Assembly: GCF_054482595.1 (NCBI RefSeq) | Contig: NZ_CM137008.1 | Length of the DNA: 64,000 nucleotides | Strand: one strand, 5' to 3' | Shown here: in pieces, positions 9,852 to 22,119 of the stretch | Layout: each line of letters begins with the position of its first letter | Position numbering within the stretch: the first letter of the stretch is position 1 | Program-made: the position numbers and the translations under genes | Notes under the pieces: generated by a model | The model's database searches: none | Told to the model about the DNA's origin: nothing | Seen by the model: only the letters and a program-made list of their open reading frames with translations

Positions 9852-12800
9852 TACATCACTCCGGTGAATACAAATCTAATAAAACGTCCAATGTTATTTC
9901 CGGAGCACTTCATCTTACATGTTTCTAAAGAATCATTAGACCAGTCTTGGCAGTTTTTAAATAGCCCTAAATTTATAGGTGTGAATATATCAGGCAATAC
10001 AGAATAACGCGGCCTTACCTCTTTAAACTTCCCTTTTAAACAGTTCTCCACACAACTATTATCGGTTTCAACGAGGTCACAACGGCCAGCAGCTTCTTTT
10101 GTATCATTACTTGCTTTACCTGGCCCCCATAGACCATCTCCTTTTGATTCTCCCCGTTGGTCTTGGCCACCACAAGTATAGTCCCCTTTACCATCTGGGA
10201 CACAAAGATATTGATGATAGAACGGATTCCCCCATATATCTGGACCGCTTCTTTCACCAGTTCCGCCCATTGAATGCAGTGGCTTAATGCATTTTAGTGT
10301 TTCTAATCCTAATGGATCTATATTTGAGATCGGATTCAACGGATACTGATAAAAATTCCATCCCCCCTTCAGCCCAATCGGATCCTGAGTGATATACCGC
10401 CCCTGCAGCGGGTCATAATAGCGGTGGCGGTTGTAATACAGGCCGGACTCCTCATCATACTGCTGCCCCGGCAGCCGGATAAGCTGCTGCAGCTGATGCG
10501 GGTTCTCTTCATTCAGCAGGTTGCCCCATTCATCATATTCTGCGCACCACGCTGTTGCCCCTTCCGTGCTGATGAGCGCCAGCGGCAGGCCGCGATGGTC
10601 GCAGTGGTACAGGTGGATTTTTCGCGCCGGCGTGTACACCGGGTCCATCTGGTTTTGCATCTGCTCCACGGTCAGGCCGCACGATGCCAGCCAGCGGCGG
10701 CTTTCCTCACTCACCCGGTCAGCCAGGATTTCACTTTCCAGCCGGTCGAGCATCTGCACCAGCACCGGCGGGAACACCACACTGCCACCGTCTTCGCCGC
10801 CGGACTGCTGAAGCGCATCCGCCAGGCTGCGGCGCTGCGTTCTGGCCAGTTCACCGGTGGCAGTTTCAACTCTGATGAGTGGTGTGAAGCTCCCCGGCTG
10901 ATAAATCGTCTGGATGCGGCTCCTGTCGTTCTGTATCGTGGTCAGCCGGTCGCCGTCCCAGCCGTACCAGGTCACTTGCGGTTTCCGTGACAGCGACATC
11001 CAGCCCGTCAGGTCCCGTTCACGTCGCCATACCCGTTTTGCCACCCTGCGGCCCAGCGGGTCGTAAAGATAGCGACTTTCGACCAGCGGCTCTGCATATT
11101 GTGTCCGCGTGTAGTGCACCAGCCGGTGCTGACTGTCGTAATGGTACCGGTGGGTGCGCTCATCATCCGTACGGATACCCCCTTCCGGGATGAGGTCGGT
11201 TTTCTCCGTCAGCCTGCCGTAACGGTCATACCGGTAAAGATAGTGCGCGTCACGGGCGATACGGTTATCCGGCCACATGCTGAGGGTGCTGTCCGGGTGC
11301 AGCTCCGGGTCGGGCAGGCGGTTGCCCGCCGGGTCCGTGGCATACGGGATGCGGATATCCAGATTCGCTGCGGTGGTGTGAACGCCGGTCAGCCTGCCGG
11401 TGGTGCTGTAGCTGTAACTCCGGGTCTGGCGCGGGCTGCTGATGCGGATGAGTTCGCCGTTGTCGTTCCAGGTGTAATCGCGGTCATACTGCAGGCTGTT
11501 CAGGTGCTGACGCTGTAACTGCCCGGCAGGGGTGTAAGCGGTGGTGAGTTCATAACGACCGAAGCTGCGCAGCGTTTCCCGGTGCAGGCGGTCGCGGGTG
11601 AAATCCACCAGCGGTGTGTCGCCGAGCTTCATGCCTGCCAGCCAGCCGCTGCCGTAGGTCAGCCATTCCACGGCGGGCAGGCTGTCCGGTATACAGCGGT
11701 TCGCCAGTCCCTGCGCGTTGTACGCATGTCTGGTCTCATGCTGCCAGAGCAGTGCTTCCGTCTGCGGGTGATGCACCGTCTGGCGCTCACCGGTCAGGCG
11801 GCCTTTCTCATCATACCTGTAATGCACCGCTACCCGGTGCCCTTCGCTGATATGGCTGATGTCTGTCAGCCAGCCACGTTCGTCATACCGCCACCGCTCT
11901 GCGGTTTCACCCTTCACGGTGCGGTGCGTGAGGCGGTCTGCTTCGTCATAGTGCCAGTGGGTGACCAGACCCTCATCCTCGCTGCGGATAAGTTTGCCGG
12001 TCAGGTCGTGGTGATAACGCTGTGTGCGGCCGTCAAAGCCGGTTTCCTGTATCAGCCGGTCAAGTACATCGTAACGGAAGGTGGTGTGGCTGCCGTTTTC
12101 ACTGGTCAGGCGGATGACCCGTCCGGCAGCATCGTATTCCATACTGCGCGTCAGCCCGCCCTGCGTGGTACGGACGGCCTTTCCCCACGCATCGTACTGT
12201 GTCCCGTTTCTGCTGCCGTCCGGGGCAATGACGGCGGTCAGGTCACCGGCGATGTTGTATTCATACCGCGTTTCATGGCCCTGCGTGTCTTTCACGGCAA
12301 TTAACTGTCCACGGCTGTCGTATGCGCGGTACTGGCTCAGCCCTTCCTCGCGGTGCACCGCCGTCATCTGCCCGAAGCGGTCATGGTCATAACGGGTCTG
12401 GTAGCCGGAACAGTCGGTGAAGCTCAGCAACTGGCCGTAACGGCTCCACGTCATGGTTTTCCGGCTGCCGGTGGCATCGTCCGTTGCGCAGGGGAGGTCA
12501 CTGTGTGGATTATCATAACGGTAGCGGGTGATATCGCCGTCAGGGGCGGTTTCCTGAATCAGACGGCCGGATTCATCATATTCCCGGCGCAATTCCAGCC
12601 CGTCAGGCCCGGTGGCTGACGTTAACTGGTTGTGGTGGTTATAGTAAAACGCCGATGCCCTGCCATCCGGCGTGGTTATGCGCGTGATGAGGCCCGTCAC
12701 CACATCCGGGCTGTACTCTGTTGTCCTGCCTGCGGCATCCGTCTGTGCCCTGAGCCTGCCCACGGCGTCAAACTGACTCTGCGTGACGCTGCCGTCCGCG

Positions 12801-14035
12801 TGTTCCTTTTTCACCACCCGCTTCAGCCCGGCTTCGCCCTGCGTGTGCAGCACTTCACGGCGGTCCAGGCTGTCGGTGATGGTGATGCGGTCTTTCTCAT
12901 ACTGATACGTGTAGCTTAAGCCTGCCGGGTTTAGCTGTTCTGTCACCCGCCCGTCGCTGTCGTAACGGTAACGGATTTCCGGCCGGCCCGTGTGACGGTG
13001 CGCCACCATCCGGCCCCGGTATTTATCATCGTAAGTAAAGCTGCGCACCTGTGTATTGCTGCGGTCATACACTGCCGCCAGTTCGCCGCGCGGCGTCCAG
13101 CCATAGCGCACCAGCGGCGCGGCAGGTAAATTCTCCGGGTATTCCGGGTCGTGCGTCAGCCACACGGCAGACAGACGGATGCCGTTGTCCCGGCCATATT
13201 CGGTGTAACCCGGCAGGGTATCAGGAAAAGCGGACGGTTCCGTCCCGCCGGAAATGGCCTGCTGCCGGGCTTCTTCTGCCTGCTGCGCCTGCGTGGTCAG
13301 TACCAGCCGGAAGTGACGCCCGGCACCATCCGTCACGCCGGTGATTTCGCCGCTGAATTCACCGGCGGCTTCGCGGTGGAACGTCTGTGTGCGCCCGAAG
13401 CGGTCCACCAGCCCGGTCAGTACCCGGTACGGCGGCAGCGGCGCAGGCAGCACCTCATCCGCTTCCGGCACCCGCTCACACCACCACCACGGCCCCTGCG
13501 GACTGTTTGTCGCCAGATAACGATGCGGACTTAAGCGGAGTTCTTCCGGCAGCGCCTGCCAGAGTGCGGCCAGCCGGTGACCTTCATCCAGTTTCGCCAC
13601 GCCGCCGCGCACCAGCCACAGTGACTCGCTGCGGCTGTAACCGTCCTCACCGGGAAACAGGTGCTCAAAATACAGGCTTCTGCCGCCGTTATCACTGAGT
13701 ATCAGTGTGTTATCGCGCAGCTGTAAGCGGATATCCGCAGGCATTTTCCAGCCGGGGCCGAGGCTCCCCACCGGCGCGGGCGTTTTTGTCCGGTAACTGC
13801 TGTAGGTGCGGGAGAGGATGAACGGCAGCGGGGCGGGCAGGGCGATGTCGGTTTCACCGGGAAGGACCTTTGCACCGAGCAGGGGATTGACCGGATGGCC
13901 GGACGTCACTCCGCCGGGGCACCCCGAACAGGCCACACCGGTTGGGGCACCGATGCGCACCCCGGCTGAACCCTGAACAATGCTACCGCCATACTGCGTC
14001 ATGTCGCCCTGACGCGCCGCCGGTTTTCCGCTCAT
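9851..14035 (-). CDS. rhsA: Rhs-family polymorphic toxin with N-terminal PAAR-like domain, YD-repeat core and variable C-terminal tip
   Basis: 1394-aa ORF; N-terminus [42 protein letters not shown] (PAAR-like); many YD repeats; DPLGL hinge followed by a ~150-aa Cys-rich AT-rich tip; sits next to yibF as rhsA does in K-12. Confidence 0.9.
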   Translation of the reverse strand: MSGKPAARQGDMTQYGGSIVQGSAGVRIGAPTGVACSGCPGGVTSGHPVNPLLGAKVLPGETDIALPAPLPFILSRTYSSYRTKTPAPVGSLGPGWKMPADIRLQLRDNTLILSDNGGRSLYFEHLFPGEDGYSRSESLWLVRGGVAKLDEGHRLAALWQALPEELRLSPHRYLATNSPQGPWWWCERVPEADEVLPAPLPPYRVLTGLVDRFGRTQTFHREAAGEFSGEITGVTDGAGRHFRLVLTTQAQQAEEARQQAISGGTEPSAFPDTLPGYTEYGRDNGIRLSAVWLTHDPEYPENLPAAPLVRYGWTPRGELAAVYDRSNTQVRSFTYDDKYRGRMVAHRHTGRPEIRYRYDSDGRVTEQLNPAGLSYTYQYEKDRITITDSLDRREVLHTQGEAGLKRVVKKEHADGSVTQSQFDAVGRLRAQTDAAGRTTEYSPDVVTGLITRITTPDGRASAFYYNHHNQLTSATGPDGLELRREYDESGRLIQETAPDGDITRYRYDNPHSDLPCATDDATGSRKTMTWSRYGQLLSFTDCSGYQTRYDHDRFGQMTAVHREEGLSQYRAYDSRGQLIAVKDTQGHETRYEYNIAGDLTAVIAPDGSRNGTQYDAWGKAVRTTQGGLTRSMEYDAAGRVIRLTSENGSHTTFRYDVLDRLIQETGFDGRTQRYHHDLTGKLIRSEDEGLVTHWHYDEADRLTHRTVKGETAERWRYDERGWLTDISHISEGHRVAVHYRYDEKGRLTGERQTVHHPQTEALLWQHETRHAYNAQGLANRCIPDSLPAVEWLTYGSGWLAGMKLGDTPLVDFTRDRLHRETLRSFGRYELTTAYTPAGQLQRQHLNSLQYDRDYTWNDNGELIRISSPRQTRSYSYSTTGRLTGVHTTAANLDIRIPYATDPAGNRLPDPELHPDSTLSMWPDNRIARDAHYLYRYDRYGRLTEKTDLIPEGGIRTDDERTHRYHYDSQHRLVHYTRTQYAEPLVESRYLYDPLGRRVAKRVWRRERDLTGWMSLSRKPQVTWYGWDGDRLTTIQNDRSRIQTIYQPGSFTPLIRVETATGELARTQRRSLADALQQSGGEDGGSVVFPPVLVQMLDRLESEILADRVSEESRRWLASCGLTVEQMQNQMDPVYTPARKIHLYHCDHRGLPLALISTEGATAWCAEYDEWGNLLNEENPHQLQQLIRLPGQQYDEESGLYYNRHRYYDPLQGRYITQDPIGLKGGWNFYQYPLNPISNIDPLGLETLKCIKPLHSMGGTGERSGPDIWGNPFYHQYLCVPDGKGDYTCGGQDQRGESKGDGLWGPGKASNDTKEAAGRCDLVETDNSCVENCLKGKFKEVRPRYSVLPDIFTPINLGLFKNCQDWSNDSLETCKMKCSGNNIGRFIRFVFTGVM
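10330..11350 (-). repeat. Rhs 3' core repeat, copy 1 (within the main rhs gene)
   Basis: Source copy of the about 1-kb segment duplicated in the two orphan modules. Confidence 0.9.
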
Positions 14036-14263
14036 CTGCTCATCCTTGTTTTATCGAGTTATTTGTCTGCTTCCAGGCAAAACCCTACAGATTTATAAGA
14101 AAGCCTTAAGTGAGATATCCATCAGATAGAAACAATTAGGAAAATATTTATATCACCATGATAAATATGTGATTTATTTGGAAGTAACAAACCATCAACA
14201 TTTTCTGCCCTTTTTCCCATCACCAGGCCATACTGATATTTTTCCTCGCACAAAGGACTCGGC

Positions 14264-14872
14264 ATGAAACTCGTCGGTAGCTACACCAGCCCGTTTGTAC
14301 GCAAACTTTCTATTCTGTTGTTAGAAAAGGGCATAACTTTCGAATTTATTAATGAACTGCCCTATAACGCGGACAACGGCGTGGCGCAATTTAACCCGTT
14401 AGGAAAAGTGCCGGTGCTGGTGACCGAAGAGGGCGAATGCTGGTTTGATTCGCCGATCATCGCTGAATATATTGAATTAATGAATGTCGCTCCGGCGATG
14501 TTACCGCGCGATCCGCTGGAGTCGTTGCGGGTGCGCAAAATTGAGGCGCTGGCGGATGGCATTATGGATGCCGGGCTGGTATCGGTGCGTGAACAGGCGC
14601 GTCCAGCGGCGCAGCAGTCTGAAGATGAATTGTTACGCCAGCGGGAGAAAATCAACCGTAGTCTGGATGTGCTGGAAGGATATCTGGTCGATGGCACACT
14701 TAAAACCGATACGGTCAATCTGGCGACTATCGCCATTGCCTGTGCCGTCGGATATCTCAATTTCCGCCGCGTTGCGCCAGGCTGGTGTGTCGACCGCCCA
14801 CACTTAGTCAAACTGGTCGAAAACCTGTTTAGCCGCGAAAGTTTTGCTCGCACCGAACCGCCAAAGGCTTGA
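14264..14872 (+). CDS. yibF: Glutathione S-transferase family protein
   Basis: 202-aa [26 protein letters not shown]..., GST N-terminal thioredoxin-like fold; conserved neighbour of rhsA and selA. Confidence 0.9.
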
Positions 14873-14969
14873 TGCGCGATATGTCCTCCTGACCCATCTC
14901 ACGTTACAATCCGTGGTTATGTTAAACGCCCTTCTCCGTGTGAGAGGGCCTTGATCAGCCAGGTTTCCT

Positions 14970-16361
14970 ATGACAACCGAAACGCGTTCCCTCTATAGTC
15001 AACTTCCGGCTATTGATCGCTTATTGCGCGATAGCTCCTTCCTTTCTTTGCGTGATACTTATGGTCACACCCGCGTGGTGGAATTGTTGCGTCAGATGCT
15101 TGACGAAGCGCGAGAAGTGATTCGTGACAGCCAGATGCTGCCCGCGTGGTGTGAAAACTGGGCGCAAGAAGTCGATGCCCGGTTGACGAAAGAGGCGCAG
15201 AGCGCGCTGCGTCCGGTGATCAACCTGACGGGAACCGTGCTGCATACCAATCTTGGGCGAGCTTTACAGGCGGAAGCTGCGGTGGAAGCCGTTGCGCAGG
15301 CTATGCGTTCGCCAGTGACCCTCGAGTACGATTTGGACGACGCCGGACGCGGACATCGCGATCGGGCGCTGGCGCAGCTGCTGTGCCGCATTACCGGCGC
15401 GGAAGATGCCTGTATCGTTAATAACAATGCGGCGGCGGTGTTATTGATGTTGGCGGCCACTGCCAGCGGGAAAGAGGTGGTGGTTTCTCGCGGCGAACTG
15501 GTGGAGATTGGCGGCGCGTTTCGTATTCCCGATGTTATGCGTCAGGCAGGCTGCACCCTACACGAAGTAGGGACCACCAACCGCACGCACGCGAATGATT
15601 ATCGTCAGGCGGTGAATGAAAATACCGCACTGTTGATGAAAGTACATACCAGTAACTACAGCATTCAGGGGTTCACCAAAGCGATAGACGAAGCTGAACT
15701 GGTGGCGCTCGGCAAAGAGCTGGATGTTCCCGTAGTGACTGATTTAGGCAGTGGCTCGCTGGTCGATCTTAGCCAGTACGGTTTGCCGAAAGAGCCAATG
15801 CCGCAGGAGTTGATTGCGGCGGGCGTCAGTCTGGTGAGTTTCTCCGGCGACAAGTTGTTAGGCGGGCCGCAGGCAGGAATTATCGTTGGTAAAAAAGAGA
15901 TGATCGCCCGCCTGCAAAGCCACCCGCTGAAACGTGCATTACGCGCGGATAAAATGACCCTCGCGGCGTTGGAAGCCACGTTGCGTCTTTATTTACACCC
16001 TGAAGCTCTGAGTGAAAAATTACCGACCCTGCGCCTGCTTACCCGCAGCGCAGAGGTCATTCAAATCCAGGCACAACGTTTACAGGCTCCCCTTGCCGCA
16101 CATTACGGCGCGGAGTTTGCGGTACAGGTTATGCCATGTCTTTCGCAGATTGGCAGTGGTTCGCTGCCGGTTGATCGCCTGCCGAGCGCGGCATTAACGT
16201 TTACACCCCATGATGGACGCGGTAGCCACCTTGAGTCATTAGCCGCCCGCTGGCGTGAATTGCCAGTGCCGGTGATTGGTCGTATTTATGACGGACGATT
16301 GTGGCTGGATTTACGCTGCCTTGAAGATGAGCAACGGTTTTTGGAGATGTTGTTGAAATGA
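14970..16361 (+). CDS. selA: L-seryl-tRNA(Sec) selenium transferase (selenocysteine synthase)
   Basis: 463-aa [24 protein letters not shown]...; stop overlaps the selB ATG (ATGA). Confidence 0.95.
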   Translation: MTTETRSLYSQLPAIDRLLRDSSFLSLRDTYGHTRVVELLRQMLDEAREVIRDSQMLPAWCENWAQEVDARLTKEAQSALRPVINLTGTVLHTNLGRALQAEAAVEAVAQAMRSPVTLEYDLDDAGRGHRDRALAQLLCRITGAEDACIVNNNAAAVLLMLAATASGKEVVVSRGELVEIGGAFRIPDVMRQAGCTLHEVGTTNRTHANDYRQAVNENTALLMKVHTSNYSIQGFTKAIDEAELVALGKELDVPVVTDLGSGSLVDLSQYGLPKEPMPQELIAAGVSLVSFSGDKLLGGPQAGIIVGKKEMIARLQSHPLKRALRADKMTLAALEATLRLYLHPEALSEKLPTLRLLTRSAEVIQIQAQRLQAPLAAHYGAEFAVQVMPCLSQIGSGSLPVDRLPSAALTFTPHDGRGSHLESLAARWRELPVPVIGRIYDGRLWLDLRCLEDEQRFLEMLLK

Positions 16362-18202
16362 TTATTGCGACTGCCGGACACGTTGACCACGGCAAAACAA
16401 CCTTATTGCAGGCGATTACTGGCGTAAATGCCGATCGTCTGCCGGAAGAAAAAAAGCGCGGCATGACCATCGATCTCGGCTATGCCTACTGGCCGCAGCC
16501 GGATGGTCGTGTGCCTGGTTTTATCGACGTACCCGGTCATGAAAAGTTTCTTTCCAACATGCTGGCGGGCGTTGGTGGTATCGATCACGCGCTGTTGGTG
16601 GTGGCGTGCGATGACGGCGTGATGGCACAGACCCGTGAGCATCTGGCGATTTTGCAGCTGACCGGTAACCCGATGCTGACAGTGGCGCTGACCAAAGCCG
16701 ATCGCGTGGACGAAGCGCGTGTTAATGAGGTTGAACGCCAGGTAAAGGAGGTGCTGCAGGAATACGGTTTTGCTGAGGCAAAACTGTTTATCACCGCAGC
16801 AACCGAAGGTCGGGGAATTGATGCCCTGCGCGAGCATCTGCTTCAGTTACCAGAACGTGAACACGCCAGCCAACATAGTTTCCGCCTCGCGATCGACCGC
16901 GCATTTACCGTAAAAGGTGCCGGGCTGGTCGTCACCGGTACGGCGTTAAGCGGGGAAGTGAAGGTAGGCGATTCACTATGGCTGACTGGTGTAAATAAAC
17001 CGATGCGCGTGCGTGCGCTGCATGCGCAAAACCAGCCAACAGAAACCGCTCATGCCGGGCAGCGTATCGCGCTTAACATCGCGGGGGATGCGGAAAAAGA
17101 GCAGATTAACCGTGGCGACTGGCTGCTTGCCGATGTGCCGCCAGAGCCGTTCACGCGGGTGATTGTCGAGCTTCAAACCCATACGCCGCTGACCCAGTGG
17201 CAGCCGCTGCATATTCACCACGCCGCCAGCCACGTTACGGGACGCGTTTCGCTGCTGGAAGATAACCTTGCCGAGCTGGTGTTCGACACGCCGCTGCGGC
17301 TGGCGGATAACGATCGCTTAGTGTTGCGCGATATCTCGGCCCGCAATACGCTGGCGGGGGCGCGTGTGGTGATGCTTAACCCGCCGCGTCGCGGTAAACG
17401 TAAGCCGGAATATCTGCAATGGCTGGCGTCTCTTGCACGGGCGCAGAGCGATGCCGATGCGTTATCTGTTCATCTGGAACGCGGAGCGGTTAACCTTGCG
17501 GATTTCGCCTGGGCGCGCCAGCTCAACGGCGAAGGGATGCGCGAACTGCTGCAACAGCCGGGCTATATTCAGGCTGGTTATAGCTTGTTGAATGCGCCAG
17601 TTGCCGCCCGCTGGCAGCGGAAAATTCTTGACACATTAGCGACTTATCATGAGCAACATCGCGATGAACCTGGTCCTGGGCGCGAACGTCTGCGACGTAT
17701 GGCGTTGCCAATGGAAGATGAAGCGCTGGTACTGCTGCTGATTGAAAAAATGCGCGAAAGCGGCGACATCCACAGCCATCACGGCTGGCTGCATCTGCCA
17801 GATCACAAAGCGGGCTTCAGCGAAGAGCAGCAGGCCATCTGGCATAAAGCAGAGCCGCTGTTTGGTGACGAACCGTGGTGGGTGCGTGACCTGGCAAAAG
17901 AGACGGGAACCGACGAGCAGGCAATGCGTCTGACGCTACGCCAGGCGGCCCAACAGGGGATAATTACCGCGATCGTCAAAGATCGTTATTACCGTAACGA
18001 TCGGATTGTCGAGTTTGCCAATATGATCCGCGATCTCGATCAGGAATGTGGTTCAACCTGCGCGGCGGATTTCCGCGATCGCTTAGGGGTTGGGCGAAAA
18101 CTGGCGATTCAAATCCTGGAATATTTTGACCGCATTGGCTTTACGCGGCGTCGCGGAAATGATCATTTATTGCGCGACGCATTATTATTTCCGGAAAAAT
18201 AA
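16358..18202 (+). CDS. selB: Selenocysteine-specific translation elongation factor
   Basis: 614-aa [25 protein letters not shown]... (GTPase G1 motif), long C-terminal winged-helix extension. Confidence 0.95.
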   Translation: MIIATAGHVDHGKTTLLQAITGVNADRLPEEKKRGMTIDLGYAYWPQPDGRVPGFIDVPGHEKFLSNMLAGVGGIDHALLVVACDDGVMAQTREHLAILQLTGNPMLTVALTKADRVDEARVNEVERQVKEVLQEYGFAEAKLFITAATEGRGIDALREHLLQLPEREHASQHSFRLAIDRAFTVKGAGLVVTGTALSGEVKVGDSLWLTGVNKPMRVRALHAQNQPTETAHAGQRIALNIAGDAEKEQINRGDWLLADVPPEPFTRVIVELQTHTPLTQWQPLHIHHAASHVTGRVSLLEDNLAELVFDTPLRLADNDRLVLRDISARNTLAGARVVMLNPPRRGKRKPEYLQWLASLARAQSDADALSVHLERGAVNLADFAWARQLNGEGMRELLQQPGYIQAGYSLLNAPVAARWQRKILDTLATYHEQHRDEPGPGRERLRRMALPMEDEALVLLLIEKMRESGDIHSHHGWLHLPDHKAGFSEEQQAIWHKAEPLFGDEPWWVRDLAKETGTDEQAMRLTLRQAAQQGIITAIVKDRYYRNDRIVEFANMIRDLDQECGSTCAADFRDRLGVGRKLAIQILEYFDRIGFTRRRGNDHLLRDALLFPEK

Positions 18203-18260
18203 GGAAATGATTAATTAAGTTTTAAAATAAATTAATACAAAATTCTTATGATTTTAAAAA

Positions 18261-18296
18261 AAGCACATTGTTTAATGAATACAATGTGCTTTTTAT
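18261..18296 (+). terminator. Rho-independent terminator downstream of selB
   Basis: Hairpin agcacattg...caatgtgct followed by a T-run. Confidence 0.6.
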
Positions 18297-18391
18297 TAGA
18301 TTAATTTTGCTAAACAATAATACTGATCATATTTTCGAATGAAAATCCTCAGTAAGCTGCCCGCCCTTTTTTACACTTTCAGGAGTGTGTT

Positions 18392-19543
18392 ATGGCAGCT
18401 TCAACCTTTTTTATTCCTTCTGTGAATGTCATCGGCGCTGATTCATTGGCTGATGCAATGAATATGATGGCAGAATATGGGTTTCGCCGTACATTGATTG
18501 TCACTGACAGTATGTTAACGAAATTAGGTATGGCGGGCGATGTGCAAAAAGCACTGGAAGAACGCAATATTTTTAGCATTATTTATGATGGCACCCAACC
18601 TAACCCCACCACGGAAAACGTCGCCGCAGGTTTGAAATTACTTAAAGAAAATAATTGCGATAGCGTGATCTCCTTAGGCGGTGGTTCTCCGCACGACTGC
18701 GCAAAAGGTATTGCGCTGGTGGCAGCCAATGGCGGCGATATTCGCGATTACGAAGGCGTTGACCGCTCTGCAAAACCGCAGCTGCCGATGATCGCCATCA
18801 ATACCACGGCGGGTACGGCCTCTGAAATGACCCGTTTCTGCATCATCACTGACGAAGCGCGTCATATCAAAATGGCGATTGTTGATAAACATGTCACTCC
18901 GTTGCTTTCTGTCAATGACTCCTCTCTGATGATTGGTATGCCGAAGTCACTGACCGCCGCAACGGGTATGGATGCCTTAACGCACGCTATCGAAGCGTAT
19001 GTTTCTATTGCCGCTACGCCGATCACTGACGCTTGCGCACTGAAAGCCGTGACCATGATTGCCGAAAACCTGCCGTTAGCCGTTGAAGATGGCAGTAATG
19101 CGAAAGCGCGTGAAGCAATGGCTTATGCCCAGTTCCTCGCCGGTATGGCGTTCAATAATGCTTCTCTGGGTTATGTTCATGCGATGGCGCACCAGCTGGG
19201 CGGTTTCTACAACCTGCCACACGGTGTATGTAACGCCGTACTGCTGCCGCATGTTCAGGTATTCAACAGCAAAGTCGCCGCTGCACGTCTGCGTGACTGT
19301 GCCGCTGCAATGGGAGTGAACGTGACAGGTAAAAACGACGCGGAAGGTGCTGAAGCCTGCATTAACGCCATCCGTGAACTGGCGAAGAAAGTGGATATCC
19401 CGGCAGGCCTGCGCGACCTGAATGTGAAAGAAGAAGATTTCGCGGTTCTGGCGACTAATGCCCTGAAAGATGCCTGTGGCTTTACTAACCCGATTCAGGC
19501 AACTCACGAAGAAATTGTGGCGATTTATCGCGCCGCAATGTAA
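18392..19543 (+). CDS. yiaY: Iron-containing (group III) alcohol dehydrogenase
   Basis: 383-aa [26 protein letters not shown]..., Fe-ADH family; SD aggag before the ATG; synteny with aldB. Confidence 0.9.
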   Translation: MAASTFFIPSVNVIGADSLADAMNMMAEYGFRRTLIVTDSMLTKLGMAGDVQKALEERNIFSIIYDGTQPNPTTENVAAGLKLLKENNCDSVISLGGGSPHDCAKGIALVAANGGDIRDYEGVDRSAKPQLPMIAINTTAGTASEMTRFCIITDEARHIKMAIVDKHVTPLLSVNDSSLMIGMPKSLTAATGMDALTHAIEAYVSIAATPITDACALKAVTMIAENLPLAVEDGSNAKAREAMAYAQFLAGMAFNNASLGYVHAMAHQLGGFYNLPHGVCNAVLLPHVQVFNSKVAAARLRDCAAAMGVNVTGKNDAEGAEACINAIRELAKKVDIPAGLRDLNVKEEDFAVLATNALKDACGFTNPIQATHEEIVAIYRAAM

Positions 19544-19707
19544 TCATCATTCCAACAACGGCTGGCAAATTGTCAGCCGCTTTTTCAACTATCTCTGTAA
19601 TCCTTGCCCGTAAATTCGTGATAGCTGTCGTAAAGCTGTTACCGACTGGCGAAGATTTCGCCAGTCACGTCTACCCTTGTTATACCTCACACCGCAAGGA
19701 GACGATC

Positions 19708-21246
19708 ATGACCAACAATCCCCCTTCAGCACGTGTTCAGCCCGGCGAGTATGGTTTTCCTCTTAAGTTAAAAGCACGCTACGACAACTTTATTGGCGGC
19801 GAATGGGTAGCCCCTGCCGACGGCGAGTATTACCAGAACCTGACGCCGGTGACCGGGCAGCTGCTGTGCGAAGTGGCGTCTTCGGGCAAACGAGACATCG
19901 ATCTGGCGCTGGATGCTGCGCACAAAGTGAAAGATAAATGGGCGCACACCTCGGTGCAGGATCGTGCGGCGATTCTGTTTAAGATTGCCGATCGAATGGA
20001 ACAAAACCTCGAGCTGTTAGCGACAGCTGAAACCTGGGATAACGGCAAACCCATTCGCGAAACCAGTGCTGCGGATGTACCGCTGGCGATTGACCATTTC
20101 CGCTATTTCGCCTCGTGTATTCGGGCGCAGGAAGGTGGGATCAGTGAAGTTGATAGCGAAACCGTGGCCTATCATTTCCATGAACCGTTAGGCGTGGTGG
20201 GGCAGATTATCCCGTGGAACTTCCCGCTGCTGATGGCGAGCTGGAAAATGGCTCCCGCGCTGGCGGCGGGCAACTGTGTGGTGCTGAAACCCGCACGTCT
20301 TACCCCGCTTTCTGTACTGCTGCTAATGGAAATCGTCGGTGATTTACTGCCGCCGGGCGTGGTGAACGTGGTCAACGGTGCAGGTGGGGAAATTGGCGAA
20401 TATCTGGCGACCTCGAAACGCATCGCCAAAGTGGCGTTTACCGGCTCAACGGAAGTGGGCCAACAAATTATGCAATACGCAACGCAAAACATTATTCCGG
20501 TGACGCTGGAGCTGGGCGGTAAGTCGCCAAATATCTTCTTTGCTGATGTGATGGATGAAGAAGATGCCTTTTTCGATAAAGCGCTGGAAGGCTTTGCACT
20601 GTTTGCCTTTAACCAGGGCGAAGTTTGCACCTGTCCGAGTCGTGCCTTAGTGCAGGAGTCAATCTACGAACGCTTTATGGAACGCGCCATCCGCCGTGTC
20701 GAAAGCATTCGCAGCGGTAACCCACTCGACAGCGTGACGCAAATGGGTGCGCAGGTTTCTCACGGGCAACTGGAAACCATCCTCAACTACATTGATATCG
20801 GTAAAAAAGAGGGCGCAGACGTGCTCACCGGCGGGCGGCGCAAGCTGCTGGAAGGCGAACTGAAAGACGGCTACTACCTTGAACCGACGATTCTGTTTGG
20901 TCAGAACAATATGCGGGTGTTCCAGGAAGAGATTTTTGGCCCGGTGCTGGCGGTGACCACCTTCAAAACGATGGAAGAAGCGCTGGAGCTGGCGAACGAT
21001 ACGCAATATGGCCTGGGCGCAGGTGTCTGGAGCCGCAACGGTAATCTGGCCTATAAGATGGGGCGCGGCATTCAGGCCGGGCGCGTGTGGACCAACTGTT
21101 ATCACGCTTACCCGGCACATGCGGCGTTTGGCGGCTACAAACAATCAGGCATTGGACGCGAAACCCACAAGATGATGCTGGAGCATTACCAGCAAACCAA
21201 GTGCCTGCTGGTGAGCTACTCAGATAAACCGTTGGGGCTGTTCTGA
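19708..21246 (+). CDS. aldB: Aldehyde dehydrogenase B (NADP-dependent)
   Basis: Start placed at [17 protein letters not shown] after SD aaggag; 512 aa; ALDH catalytic-Cys region ([12 protein letters not shown]-like); the ORF-track upstream extension is unlikely. Confidence 0.9.
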   Translation: MTNNPPSARVQPGEYGFPLKLKARYDNFIGGEWVAPADGEYYQNLTPVTGQLLCEVASSGKRDIDLALDAAHKVKDKWAHTSVQDRAAILFKIADRMEQNLELLATAETWDNGKPIRETSAADVPLAIDHFRYFASCIRAQEGGISEVDSETVAYHFHEPLGVVGQIIPWNFPLLMASWKMAPALAAGNCVVLKPARLTPLSVLLLMEIVGDLLPPGVVNVVNGAGGEIGEYLATSKRIAKVAFTGSTEVGQQIMQYATQNIIPVTLELGGKSPNIFFADVMDEEDAFFDKALEGFALFAFNQGEVCTCPSRALVQESIYERFMERAIRRVESIRSGNPLDSVTQMGAQVSHGQLETILNYIDIGKKEGADVLTGGRRKLLEGELKDGYYLEPTILFGQNNMRVFQEEIFGPVLAVTTFKTMEEALELANDTQYGLGAGVWSRNGNLAYKMGRGIQAGRVWTNCYHAYPAHAAFGGYKQSGIGRETHKMMLEHYQQTKCLLVSYSDKPLGLF

Positions 21247-21277
21247 TGTAAGAAGCTGGTCGCATCGGGTATTCATT

Positions 21278-21360
21278 GCCTGATGCGACGCTTACGCGTC
21301 TTATCATGCCTACGGGGACCTGACCGTAGGCCGGATAAGGCGTACACGCCGCATCCGGCA
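21278..21360. repeat. REP/BIME element downstream of aldB
   Basis: gcctgatgcgacgcttacgcgtcttatcatgcctacgg and ccgtaggccggataaggcgtacacgccgcatccggc, inverted REP units. Confidence 0.8.
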
Positions 21361-21790
21361 TAAACAAAGCGCACGTTGTTACAATTTACGTTTTAAACCT
21401 ACGTGTGCAATAACCCAGACTACGCCAACAAAAGTGCGTTTCTGGGGCGTGTTTTGCCAGGAGTTTAATCTCGCGTTTCGATGGTGAGCGGGCAAACCAG
21501 ACCGTAAATCACCATTGGTATTCCGAGGACAATCAGCAATAAACGGTAGATTATTGAAGGTTTAATACGCTTAATCTGCATTGTGGATGTTTTACGGTTT
21601 TTAATCATAAATTTGGCCAATAGTTCCATTATTTCAATATGATAAGCCTCGACCTGTTAAAAAGCCAGGCAGCACACTTCAGGAAGTATATAAAAAACAA
21701 TATGTCGTTATATAAATAAGGAAATTGCACTGCATCATGGCATTTCATAATATGCGTTAATTGTTCTTTTTTATATTCTCTGAGGGAAAT

Positions 21791-22114
21791 ATGTTCCTGG
21801 ACTATTTTGCACTGGGAGTGCTTATTTTTGTATTTCTGGTGATATTCTATGGGATTATTATTTTACATGATATTCCCTACCTGATTGCTAAAAAACGTAA
21901 TCATCCTCATGCCGACGCCATTCATGTTGCAGGTTGGGTGAGTCTTTTTACGTTACATGTTATCTGGCCGTTTTTGTGGATTTGGGCCACGCTTTACCGC
22001 CCGGAGCGGGGATGGGGAATGCAAAGCCATGATTCATCCGTTATGCAACTGCAACAGCGCATTGCCGGGCTGGAGAAACAGCTCGCCGACATCAAATCCT
22101 CTTCTGCCGAGTAA
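21791..22114 (+). CDS. yiaW: DUF3302-type small inner-membrane protein (paralogue of yibI)
   Basis: ATG at 21791 after SD gaggga (the track ORF starts at an upstream TTG); [23 protein letters not shown]...; about 80 percent nucleotide identity to yibI over the 5' region. Confidence 0.85.
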   Translation: MFLDYFALGVLIFVFLVIFYGIIILHDIPYLIAKKRNHPHADAIHVAGWVSLFTLHVIWPFLWIWATLYRPERGWGMQSHDSSVMQLQQRIAGLEKQLADIKSSSAE

Positions 22115-22119
22115 TACTT

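Noticed and set aside
10424-13698. Multiple long plus-strand ORFs (e.g. 10424-10990, 11582-12304, 13151-13534) inside the rhs gene, and similar ones in the orphan copies (8469-9119, 6259-6768)
   Set aside because: GC-rich rhs core yields long open frames on the opposite strand; translations are Arg/Pro/Ala-rich with no domain signature and recur wherever the repeat recurs.
19570-19707. N-terminal extensions of aldB (and likewise avtA, yiaF, xylF, xylA, ghrB, yhjX, ysaA, yiaW) in the ORF track
   Set aside because: Shine-Dalgarno sequences and known protein N-termini support the downstream start codons.
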